A stretch of DNA of 63,633 nucleotides, counting the filler, from Pseudomonadota bacterium (GTDB lineage Bacteria > Bdellovibrionota_F > JAHFAK01 > JBDREC01): assembly GCA_043820105.1 (NCBI GenBank). It is 8 parts of 8 records of this genome, joined end to end, with 100 filler letters (N's around TTAATTAATTAA, not from the genome) between each part and the next. Parts side by side here need not be neighbours in the genome. Positions count along the whole stretch, not along the records: positions 21,603 to 40,193 come from JBDREC010000011.1; positions 40,294 to 42,574 come from JBDREC010000013.1; positions 42,675 to 46,145 come from JBDREC010000014.1; 5 more parts are not named here. One strand, written 5' to 3'. Positions within the stretch are counted from its first letter, which is position 1. Each line of letters begins with the position of its first letter. Below the pieces are notes generated by a model. It was not told where the DNA came from and ran no database searches. It saw nothing but the letters and a program-made list of their open reading frames with translations. Shown piece by piece: positions 32,126 to 42,675 of the stretch. The position numbers and the translations under genes are program-made.

Positions 32126-33250
32126 TTATAACTTACAAATGATTGAATCTGGATCCAGGCCACTTGTTTCGAGTTTAACAAAGTTATCAGAGATAACTTG
32201 TCCAGCAACCTGAGCAAAGTAGCCATATTTATGAAAGGTATCAATAATATCATTTTTATTCTTTGCAGGAACTATTACTAGCATACCATTTCCCATATTC
32301 CAAAGCCTATAAGCAATTTTATCTGGGACTTCACCAAGTTTTTGCATCTGTATCATGAAGTCTTGCGGTTTAAAAACATTATATATGTCCGCTCCAAAGC
32401 CAGATTTTTCGAGGACTCTTGATAGATTATCAATGATCCCTCCACCTGTTATATGGGCAATTCCATGAATGGGGATTTTTTTGTTTAAGGTTTTTGTGAT
32501 CACAGGTGAATAAATCAGAGAAGGAGAAAGGAGAATTTGACCCCATGAGGAATTGGTATCCGGTTTTTCCTGTTTAATACTTTTAGCTTCATATGTTTTT
32601 TCATGCCAGTTTTCTCCAAAGCTTGCTTCCATTATTGATCTTATTTTAGAGAAACCATTGCTTCGGAAACCCTTGCTTTTTAGGGCAATAATACAATCAC
32701 CTTTAGATATTTTTGAACCATCTATAAGATCCTGATCTTTTGGCAAGTAGCCTAGGGCAGTAGAACACCAGTTAAAATGCATGTTTTTCCCAAAGCCTGA
32801 GATTCTAGATCCCAGTTCAGCGATTTCACCACCTGTTACAGTTATTTTTGCAAACCTTGCAGCATTATATAAACCTTCCATCAAAGAATTAACGATCTTA
32901 TGATCCAGATAATCTACATCTAAAATATTTGAAATACTGGTAGGTTCAACACCATTTGCAATTAAATCATCGCAAACCATAGCTACCAAATCATATCCAA
33001 GGGTATTATAAACTCCACATCTTTCTGCTAATTCAATTTTAGTACCTATGCCATCAGATGCTATGGCTATCTTTTCCTGCCCAAAATGAATAATATTAGA
33101 AAAAGAGCCATCAAGCTGTTCTGAAACCATACCCGGTAATTTTTTTCTAAATATAAAAGTACGTTTTGCCCAACTAAACGCTGTTTTTGAACATTTATTA
33201 CCCAAATCTATATCTGTTCCTGAATTTTTTGAATCCTTAAAACTAATCAT
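32126..33250 (-). CDS. purM: AIR synthase
   Basis: DGIGTK, DLVAMVCDDL, GGEIAEL, SNGFS, AHITGGG, NMGNG. Confidence 0.92.
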   Translation of the reverse strand: MISFKDSKNSGTDIDLGNKCSKTAFSWAKRTFIFRKKLPGMVSEQLDGSFSNIIHFGQEKIAIASDGIGTKIELAERCGVYNTLGYDLVAMVCDDLIANGVEPTSISNILDVDYLDHKIVNSLMEGLYNAARFAKITVTGGEIAELGSRISGFGKNMHFNWCSTALGYLPKDQDLIDGSKISKGDCIIALKSKGFRSNGFSKIRSIMEASFGENWHEKTYEAKSIKQEKPDTNSSWGQILLSPSLIYSPVITKTLNKKIPIHGIAHITGGGIIDNLSRVLEKSGFGADIYNVFKPQDFMIQMQKLGEVPDKIAYRLWNMGNGMLVIVPAKNKNDIIDTFHKYGYFAQVAGQVISDNFVKLETSGLDPDSIICKL

Positions 33251-33271
33251 ATTACCTGCCTATAATTGTTT

Positions 33272-34762
33272 TCAATTTCCCCAGCTTTTGCTGCTATACT
33301 GACCATCAGCTCCAGGCATATAAATATCGTGAACCTTTCCTTCTCGAATAGATAGTGCTGAAACAAGCTCAAGCTCTGCTTTTTCATGAAGTTCTTGAAT
33401 ATCTTTAACACCTGCTGATGACATGGAGGCTTTAATTTTTGAAATTGTTTCAGGAAGATTGTCCCTCAGCTTTCCTGAATATTCAACAAAGCCTTCAACA
33501 CCTTCAACGAATTTTGCCTGATGGTATCTAACCTCTTTCCAGTCTCTGGCTCTTGCTGAGCCTTCACCCCAATAAGGTTTCATAACTCTATTATTAATAG
33601 TAAGTTTTTCTGTTGGTGATTCATCCAATCTTGCAAAATATCTTCCCATCATTACATAGTCAGCTCCCATAGCTAAAGCAATGACAATATCTTTGGCGTT
33701 TACTATCCCACCATCTGCTATAACTGGAATATAGTTACCTGTTTTTTTAAAATACTTATCTCTTGCTTCTGCCACCTTAATAACAGATGTCGCCAACCCG
33801 CGACCAGTCCCCTTTTGCTCTTGAGTTATACAAATAGATCCCCCACCCATTCCTACCTTAACTGCATCAGCTCCCCAGGAAGCTAAAGCATCAAAAGCCT
33901 CAGCAGTTATAATATTTCCTCCAATTACTGGTATGTTAGGATATTCTTTTTTAATATAGGAAATTGTTTTTTCCTGAAAAGCAGAAAAACCGTCCGAAGA
34001 ATCAATTGCCAAAGCATCAACATTTGCTTTAACTAGCTCAGAAATACGCTCAGCATAATCATAAGTATTTATTGCAGCCACAGAAACTAGCCGTTTTGCT
34101 TCATCCACAACTGCAAGAGGATTATGCAAATGATCTTCAATATCTTTTCTAAATATTATATTTAATACCTTGCCCTTATTATTAAGAATAGGCAGGACAG
34201 ATTGGTGAGATTCCATTAAAAGAGTATTAGCTTTTTTCAAATCACTGATATCAACCCCAACTTCAAGTTTATCTTTGCTAATCATGCGAGCAGAAACTTT
34301 CTGTAAACCATGTCTTTTTACATCATAATCCCTTTTAGTAATTAAACCTAGAAACATTTGCTCATCATCAATAACAGGAAAAGTTGAAAAATTAAGACTC
34401 ATTCCTAGCTCATAAACATCCTTTATTAAAATATCTTTATGAATAGTCCTTGGTTCAACAAAACCAGCTTTGTGATTTTTTATGCGAGATACTTCCCTTG
34501 CTTGTGATTCAATGGTTTGAGAACAACAGATAAAAGCAGTGCCCCCAAGCTTAGAAAGCTCAATTCCCATTTCTGAACCAGAAACAGATTGCATAGCAGC
34601 AGATACTATTGGAACATTCAAAAACAAATTGGAGTTTTTTGAATTTACCAGAGGAGTTGTCAATGAAATCTGATCCATCGAGGTTTCATTGGATGATAAA
34701 CCCGGAAGCAAACGAAATTCCATCAAGGTCCTAGAAGGTTCATAGATAATTTTCTTCGCCAT
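33272..34762 (-). CDS. guaB: IMP dehydrogenase
   Basis: SAAMQSV, CBS region, GMGGGSICIT catalytic Cys, ADGG, YWGEGS, EGVEG. Confidence 0.93.
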   Translation of the reverse strand: MAKKIIYEPSRTLMEFRLLPGLSSNETSMDQISLTTPLVNSKNSNLFLNVPIVSAAMQSVSGSEMGIELSKLGGTAFICCSQTIESQAREVSRIKNHKAGFVEPRTIHKDILIKDVYELGMSLNFSTFPVIDDEQMFLGLITKRDYDVKRHGLQKVSARMISKDKLEVGVDISDLKKANTLLMESHQSVLPILNNKGKVLNIIFRKDIEDHLHNPLAVVDEAKRLVSVAAINTYDYAERISELVKANVDALAIDSSDGFSAFQEKTISYIKKEYPNIPVIGGNIITAEAFDALASWGADAVKVGMGGGSICITQEQKGTGRGLATSVIKVAEARDKYFKKTGNYIPVIADGGIVNAKDIVIALAMGADYVMMGRYFARLDESPTEKLTINNRVMKPYWGEGSARARDWKEVRYHQAKFVEGVEGFVEYSGKLRDNLPETISKIKASMSSAGVKDIQELHEKAELELVSALSIREGKVHDIYMPGADGQYSSKSWGN

Positions 34763-34809
34763 AAATTCCTCTAAAAAAATTTATTAAGTAACATGAACTA
34801 AGCATTAAT

Positions 34810-34848
34810 CACTTACCACTTACCACTTCCTCCTTACCACTTACCACT

Positions 34849-34849
<1 letters not shown>
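34810..34849 (-). repeat. degenerate (TAAGTGG)n array between purA and guaB
   Basis: CCACTTA units on the plus strand. Confidence 0.85.
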
Positions 34850-36189
<1,340 letters not shown>

Positions 36190-36254
36190 TCAAGGTAAAT
36201 GTCAATTGTGTAAAAGATAAAGCAAGCGGTTTCTGGATAAAGATGCCACTATCC

Positions 36255-36359
36255 TTACAAAACAAACTTGATTCTTCTAAGCAGTATTTTAAAATAGTAA
36301 ATAATGTCAATGTCTTCAATTACTTCAAAGTTTGAAACTGTTCCCTTAGTGTTTTTCAT
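36255..36359 (-). CDS. possible 34-aa small protein
   Basis: AGGAG RBS at 36366-36370; MKNTKGTVSNFEVIEDIDIIYYFKILLRRIKFVL*. Confidence 0.4.
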   Translation of the reverse strand: MKNTKGTVSNFEVIEDIDIIYYFKILLRRIKFVL

Positions 36360-36417
36360 GTTTTTCTCCTCGTTGAAAAAAATAAATAATTAATTTCGAT
36401 ATAATCCCCTATTTATT

Positions 36418-39400
36418 TTATAATTCCATTTCATTAATTTGTGTAATAACTTCAGCAAGATCAGCTTGAGCATTGCTAAGTTCTGTTTCTTTTTGTGCTA
36501 AACTATCATTATATGAACCTATAGAGGCTTCAAGTGATGCTACTGAATCAAGATAAGAAAGAAGCTGAGCATTCTTATCTGTTAAACCAGTGTTAGCTGT
36601 ATTAAGTAAAGCATTCTTTGAAGCAAGTGTTGTATTATAAGCACCGATTTCTGCGTTTTTCCCTTCAATTTCAGCCTCAGAAAGCCCCTGAGAAGCAAGC
36701 ACTGCATTGTAGGAAAGTACCGCTGCATTATAATCAGCTTGAACTTGTAATTTTGAAGCATTAGCAGAAGCAAGATCTGCCTCTGCTTGATTTTTTAAAA
36801 TGTCCAATGAAGCAATATTTGCCTGAATTGAAGTCTTTTCAGCCAATGTAACATTATATAATGCTTCTGCTGTTGCCAAAGAAGCCTGTGCATTTGCCAG
36901 ATTACTTTCAGCATCTGTCTTTAATAATTCAGCAGCAACATATGCATTTTGAGCGCTTATTTTTTCTGCAAGAGTATTAGCGACTAAAGCCTCTGAACTT
37001 GTTTCAGCTGCCTGAGCAAGTAACAAAGATGCTTCAGCACTAGCTAAAGAAACATTAGCATTATCAAGACTTGATTGTACTGAGTTTACCAATACTTGAG
37101 CTTGAGTAACTAATAAAGATGCAGCTTCTAAATCAGCTAATGCAGTATCAAACTCAGCTTGCTTTGTAACAAGATTAGTATCTGCTAAATTGAAAGCCTG
37201 CAAAGCAACATTTAGTTCGACTGTTCTTTGATTTAATACTTCTTGAGGATCACGACCAGGGCCACCTACCATAGGTAAAACCAGAGCTTGAGCCTGGTCA
37301 AATAAATTCAAAGCCTGTGTATAATTTGTATTAGCTAGGTCATATTCATTTTGAGCTTCACTTAAGCTACTTTCTGCTGCAAGATAAGTCGAATTAACTG
37401 AATCGTATGAACTTTGGACAGTTTCTAAATCAGTATTGGCTAAACTAAGTTCATTTGAGTATTGAGTAACAAGTGTACTTGCATCAATAATTGCCTCATT
37501 TGCTGTATCAATGGCAGCCCTTGCTGCACTTAATTCACTGTTATATTGGCCAAGTAAAGTATTAGCTGCATTTTTCAGCTCAAAAGCTTCATTCATATCT
37601 GTAGTTGCATTTGTTATATCAGCTTCAAATTGCCTAATATCTGAATTTGCCAAAGTCATATCTTGATTAGCTTGAGATAAAATTCCGTCTTTTACAAGAA
37701 TATCACTTTCAAAAGAATCAATATCTATTACATATTCAGCGATTTCAATTCCTTTTAATAAAATCAGCTCATTGTAGGTCGATAAATCAGCCAGTAATGA
37801 TTCCTGCAGTGAAGCTAAAATATTCAATTCAGCTTCAAACTCTTCATTTGAAAGGCTTGCTGCGCTCAATTCTGCATTTAATAAATCAATTGATGAAGTA
37901 ATTATATTGATTTCTCCCTGAATAATTGAAATTTCTGCTTCAAATCCTGCGATTTCAGCTCTTACATTCACAATTGGTCCTGCATAGCCACCAATTTGGA
38001 TTTCCAAATCAGCCATGGATGATCGAATAATTTCGATTTCAAGCCCAAGATTAGAAATTAATGTTTCCAGAGAATCTTTTTGAAGATAAAGACTTGCTAA
38101 TAAGTCTCTATCATAAAATCTTGCGATCACATCAAAGGAAGACTCAGACTCAATTATTGGACTGGCATTTGCTATTCCACTTATATCATAAGCATCTTCT
38201 ATAATATTAAGGATAGAAATTGATTTTTCTTCGCCATCAATTGTTGTTACAAAAACAAGCTCAAAACCATCATTTGCCCAAGTATCAGTAATTGTACTTT
38301 TTGCAAGTGTTAGCTCAAACATACCCTGAGAATCTGTTATCAAAGTGTCATCTAGAATAATTTCTTCTTGAGCATCACCTGGTGTTAGTTTTTTAAAGCT
38401 TAGCGCCTGATCTTGTAAAAGCTCTCCATTTTCATCTTGAACTGTAAAGGTAAAAGCAATATTTAAGGAATCATTGCCATCAATAGGAATAGATCTTTGG
38501 ATACAAGTCTGAGCACTTGAAGCATTATCCCCTGTTACAGTAACCTGAATTTCAATTGTTACAGTTGAAATAGAATCAGAAAGCACATTTTGGCTGGTTA
38601 TAATAAAATTGCTTTGTGCCTGACTCACTTCTGAGGATTCAAACTCAACTAATGAAGCTCCATCATCACTTGGAACATAGATTGTATATATTAAGGTATA
38701 GATCAAAGTATCAACTAAAGATGCATAATCTGCATTATTAGCTAAATCAGAAACAGCATCAAGATTAACTTCAATTAAGCCAGTAGATTCATTAATTGAT
38801 ATAACTTCATTACTAATACTAACTGCATGATCAACAAAATCCACTGTTGCAGCAACATCATCATAATCAACATCAGTATATACAACGCTTACTGTTTCTG
38901 AAAAACTAATAGACTTGCATGAATCAATATTTGAATTTAAAATAACATCATATCTAAAATCACCAGTTTTACTTGTAACAAAATCATGAGAAACAACAGA
39001 TGGTTTAATTGTATCAATAATTTCATTATTTGATAAATCAACTAGTTCAATTGCAATTGTATATTTTGAATAATCGATTTCAAAACCGCTGATAGCATCA
39101 AATATTGTAGCTTGAAATGAATAATTATTTGTTTCTATCATCTCAAAACTCAAATCAACATTAAATAGACTTGGATCTGTACATGCTTCTGAAACACCTA
39201 AATAAAAACAAAATTCCACAATTTGTGAATCTGCATCATTTATTGCTCTTTCTTCAGAAATGCTATAGGTTTGACCATCAACTTCAATATTAAGAGTAAA
39301 AATAAATGAATTTGATTTTGCTAAGCTAACTGTTCCCTCAAAAGTAGATTCAGTTTCATTATTGTATTTAAGCGACATGCTACTATGTATAATTTCACCA

Positions 39401-39618
39401 TCAATATTTTTAATCTCTAAATCAACAGCTTCAGGTAAATCCGCTAAGGCTGTGGCTTTAATGGAAATATTTGCTGTTTCAACATCTTGCCCAAGCTGTT
39501 CTGCTCTAACTTGACCAAAATCAGTATCATTATTAACTAAACATGAAATAAAGAACAAAGATAGAATTGGTATTAACACCATTATTGAAAATTGTTTCTT
39601 TAAAATACGCTTTTTCAT
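36418..39618 (-). CDS. large lipoprotein with beta-rich N-half and about 560-aa coiled-coil C-half
   Basis: FISC lipobox; Ala/Leu/Ser heptad-rich region from about aa 500. Confidence 0.8.
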   Translation of the reverse strand: MKKRILKKQFSIMVLIPILSLFFISCLVNNDTDFGQVRAEQLGQDVETANISIKATALADLPEAVDLEIKNIDGEIIHSSMSLKYNNETESTFEGTVSLAKSNSFIFTLNIEVDGQTYSISEERAINDADSQIVEFCFYLGVSEACTDPSLFNVDLSFEMIETNNYSFQATIFDAISGFEIDYSKYTIAIELVDLSNNEIIDTIKPSVVSHDFVTSKTGDFRYDVILNSNIDSCKSISFSETVSVVYTDVDYDDVAATVDFVDHAVSISNEVISINESTGLIEVNLDAVSDLANNADYASLVDTLIYTLIYTIYVPSDDGASLVEFESSEVSQAQSNFIITSQNVLSDSISTVTIEIQVTVTGDNASSAQTCIQRSIPIDGNDSLNIAFTFTVQDENGELLQDQALSFKKLTPGDAQEEIILDDTLITDSQGMFELTLAKSTITDTWANDGFELVFVTTIDGEEKSISILNIIEDAYDISGIANASPIIESESSFDVIARFYDRDLLASLYLQKDSLETLISNLGLEIEIIRSSMADLEIQIGGYAGPIVNVRAEIAGFEAEISIIQGEINIITSSIDLLNAELSAASLSNEEFEAELNILASLQESLLADLSTYNELILLKGIEIAEYVIDIDSFESDILVKDGILSQANQDMTLANSDIRQFEADITNATTDMNEAFELKNAANTLLGQYNSELSAARAAIDTANEAIIDASTLVTQYSNELSLANTDLETVQSSYDSVNSTYLAAESSLSEAQNEYDLANTNYTQALNLFDQAQALVLPMVGGPGRDPQEVLNQRTVELNVALQAFNLADTNLVTKQAEFDTALADLEAASLLVTQAQVLVNSVQSSLDNANVSLASAEASLLLAQAAETSSEALVANTLAEKISAQNAYVAAELLKTDAESNLANAQASLATAEALYNVTLAEKTSIQANIASLDILKNQAEADLASANASKLQVQADYNAAVLSYNAVLASQGLSEAEIEGKNAEIGAYNTTLASKNALLNTANTGLTDKNAQLLSYLDSVASLEASIGSYNDSLAQKETELSNAQADLAEVITQINEMEL

Positions 39619-39674
39619 TATTCCCCCTTAAAAATTTTTTAACGATAACTCCTGCCTTGATAAAGATATTGTAA

Positions 39675-39690
39675 TGCAAGTTAAATACCA
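39675..39690 (-). promoter_or_regulatory. sigma-54 -24/-12 promoter
   Basis: TGGTAT-TTAAC-TTGCA on the minus strand. Confidence 0.65.
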
Positions 39691-40056
39691 AGTTACTAAT
39701 ATGTAATAAAAAATATACTTAAGAATTTAATACTGTACCCATTTTTGACTCTAGGTGAAAGCAAGGCATTAATATCACATATCACATTCTGCGCCAAAAC
39801 ATGCTCAACTTTTATTTCAAACAAAAGCTCCGAAGGAAGGCATGTGTCTTTTAGTCCATTTTTTCATATGGTTACATGCTGTTTTAATAAAATATTGCTT
39901 TAGACGTTTGTTATTTTTTGAGCATATAAAAAGCAAATATAGTGATCAGGCTCACACAGATCCATATTCTTCAAAATCTAATAGATTATAAAGATGTTCT
40001 TTAGTGCTTAAAAAAGAGCGCACTTTTTTTTATTTAATAATATTATAGACATAAAA

Positions 40057-40193
40057 TGCAAATCGGACGATAAACTGGTCCAGTAATCGGACGCAAAAGT
40101 GGTCCACCTACCAAAGTAAAAATAATAAAATATTGAAGGAAGCCAAAATTAAGTATTTATAAAAGGGATATTTGGGAAGTAAATTTATAATAA
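40057..40193 (+). mobile_element. IS21-family-like terminus at the contig end
   Basis: TG start then two tandem 22-bp units, AATCGGACGATAAACTGGTCCA (40061-40082) and AATCGGACGCAAAAGTGGTCCA (40085-40106). Confidence 0.6.
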
Positions 40194-40293
40194 NNNNNNN
40201 NNNNNNNNNNNNNNNNNNNNNNNNNNNNNNNNNNNNNTTAATTAATTAANNNNNNNNNNNNNNNNNNNNNNNNNNNNNNNNNNNNNNNNNNNN

Positions 40294-40923
40294 GTCAATA
40301 CCTTCAAGAGCTTTCTCTATTTCTAATTCCTGTTGAACTCTTGTTTGGATTCTTTCTCTTACCTCTTGTGGAATCTGAGCTGGTAAAGTGGCTTCTTCCG
40401 GAACATCGCCCAAAGCATTTTGCGCTTTTAATGCCTCAACTGCTCTTTCGTGTCCTTTTAAAGAAGCTTTCATTGCATTTTCAATGGCTGGTTTTGCTTG
40501 TTCCGGAACCTTCTCATAAATTTCAACTAAAACCTCCAAATGTTTAGAGGTTGCCTGGCCAACTCTAGTCATAACTTTTTCAGTATTTTCGCCTTTAGCT
40601 TGTGCTTTTTCTGCCCTGGCCATACTATTTTGTAATTGCATTTCGTATCTTTCCAGAGTTTTTTCTGTTAATTCTGGTTTACCTTTTCCTGCGATAGCTT
40701 GAGTTTCAGCTAGTCTTTCGGTCGCTAAAGCAACATGTCTTTCAGCTTTTTTAAGGTCACCAAAGGTAAAGAAAGTACCAATTTCTTCAGTAATTGTTTC
40801 TAAAAAGTAAAATGGGCTGTCAGGAGTAAGACCTGGGTCTGGCAACTCTGTTTCTTGGGCTAGAACTACTGGTCCGAGAGAGAGTAAAAGTGTTAAAGTT
40901 ATTAATAAAGATATTGTTTTCAT
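40294..40923 (-). CDS. DUF5667-type secreted helical protein, 3'-truncated
   Basis: Signal peptide; LPDPGLTPDSPFYFL, ERLAE. Confidence 0.8.
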
Positions 40924-41000
40924 ATATTTAATTCATTACACTTTATGTTTTTACCAACCTTTCGTTTTTATTCTACCAAAAAACCGCCTTAAAGGCGATT

Positions 41001-42002
41001 TTAGTCCAAAATTTCTGTGAACTCCTCTTTTATCTTTTCTAATAAGTTAGGGCTCTGCTTTAATGACCAACCTTGATCAGAAGGAGGGTCAAATACTATA
41101 AATCCTTTTAATTTTCCTTGGCCTTGTTCAAATATGATTTTATGTGCAGTGATTTTTGTGTTTTCATCAAACTTTGAGGCCCCACCCCAAACACCAAACT
41201 CTGTAGCTATTACTTCTGGCACATCATCCCTTTCTGCCCAGCCAAGTATTTTTTGTATTACACCTACAGCCCTTTGTTCATAACCTTCTATATTTTCTTC
41301 AGGTGAGATAGAAAACCCAATAGCATCGTATCCTTTAAAATTAATATCATCATCTAAATCATGAGCTAATGAGCCTTTAAATACAATTTTGCCATTGTAA
41401 TTTTTTCTGACTATTGGCAATATTTTTTGCCCCCATTCAGAAGAAGTTTTAGCACCTAGTTTATAATCGGGTTCGTTCATTGGTGAAAACATTTCAACTT
41501 GATACTTTTCTGCTAACAGAGCCATATCTTCAACAATTAAATTATACTTATCCAAAAACCCTTCTTTTGTTGCAACTGTTATAGGAATTGGTTTAGGTTC
41601 ACCACCCCCTCTTGTAAACTCTTCTTCATAAAATAATTCTATAACTAAGTGTATTCTAATACCTGCTTCATAATATTTTTTAACTAATATAGCTAATTGT
41701 TGTTCAACATTATCAGAAGAAAAAGGTTCGGCATATTTTACTTCACCATTAATATTTATTTTAACTGTTGGTCCTAAACCCACAATATTTGCTCCAACAT
41801 CTTCTACTAATTTTTCATCTGTCATTGAGTGATTATCATGAGGATAGTAAAAAGCAACAGGCATCCAAAAACCTTTGTATACAGAAACCGTACCCGAAGG
41901 CGGCTGAGGAATAGTTTCTTTAAGGATATTTTGATAAATAAAAAATCCTCCCACGCCCAAAGCAATCAGAATAATTGGAATAATTAAAATTTTGCTTTTC
42001 AT
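41001..42002 (-). CDS. membrane-anchored glycoside hydrolase-like TIM barrel (GH113/clan-A-like)
   Basis: N-terminal TM; MFSPMNEP and IATEFGV acid/base and nucleophile-like motifs. Confidence 0.6.
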   Translation of the reverse strand: MKSKILIIPIILIALGVGGFFIYQNILKETIPQPPSGTVSVYKGFWMPVAFYYPHDNHSMTDEKLVEDVGANIVGLGPTVKININGEVKYAEPFSSDNVEQQLAILVKKYYEAGIRIHLVIELFYEEEFTRGGGEPKPIPITVATKEGFLDKYNLIVEDMALLAEKYQVEMFSPMNEPDYKLGAKTSSEWGQKILPIVRKNYNGKIVFKGSLAHDLDDDINFKGYDAIGFSISPEENIEGYEQRAVGVIQKILGWAERDDVPEVIATEFGVWGGASKFDENTKITAHKIIFEQGQGKLKGFIVFDPPSDQGWSLKQSPNLLEKIKEEFTEILD

Positions 42003-42574
42003 AAAGAGTTCCTAGCTTCTTCTTCTTTATCAGCTATTAAAGATAGTTCGTCTATCGTGGGTCTTTTCAAATATAAATTACCAGCTTCTCTATAGAGATT
42101 AGCAGCATTTTGATAGCCATTCCTTTCCAAAAATTTTGCAAATTCCAAACGGCCGACCGCCATCTCCCCGATCATTTCGTAATTCATTTCGTAATTCAGA
42201 GCTTCTCCTATTTCGAAGGCGGTGTTTTCGGATATCTCTCTGTTCCAGGCCATTATCTCTTTTATTGACTTTCTTTTAGCTTTATCTTAAAGATAAAGCA
42301 TCCAATAAGGACCAAGCTTGTGGCCCCTTACCTGAGGATTAGCACCATTTTCCCAAGCTTCTAAAAAGTTTTCGTATGAAGCTGGCATATTTTTTATGGC
42401 TAAATTAGAGTCGGTAGGATCATTAATATAAATATAATTCTCATCATAACCAGTAACGGTCATAAAGTGAGAGCCATGAAATTTTTCCCATGCCCAGCTA
42501 GGAGAAATTTTGGCAAAATCATCGGTAACATAATAAAGATCTAAATGAACCAAAACTGGTTTGTCAGAGGAGAT
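41999..42574 (-). pseudogene. C39/BtrH-like papain-fold peptidase C-terminal part, interrupted by one in-frame TAA
   Basis: HFMTVTGYDENYIYINDP; ORFs 42287-42553 and 41999-42253 share a frame across the stop at 42287-42289. Confidence 0.7.
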
Positions 42575-42675
42575 NNNNNNNNNNNNNNNNNNNNNNNNNN
42601 NNNNNNNNNNNNNNNNNNTTAATTAATTAANNNNNNNNNNNNNNNNNNNNNNNNNNNNNNNNNNNNNNNNNNNNA

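Noticed and set aside
42287..42289. Stop-codon reassignment on contig 3
   Set aside because: Single event, and TAA terminates the adjacent gene normally.
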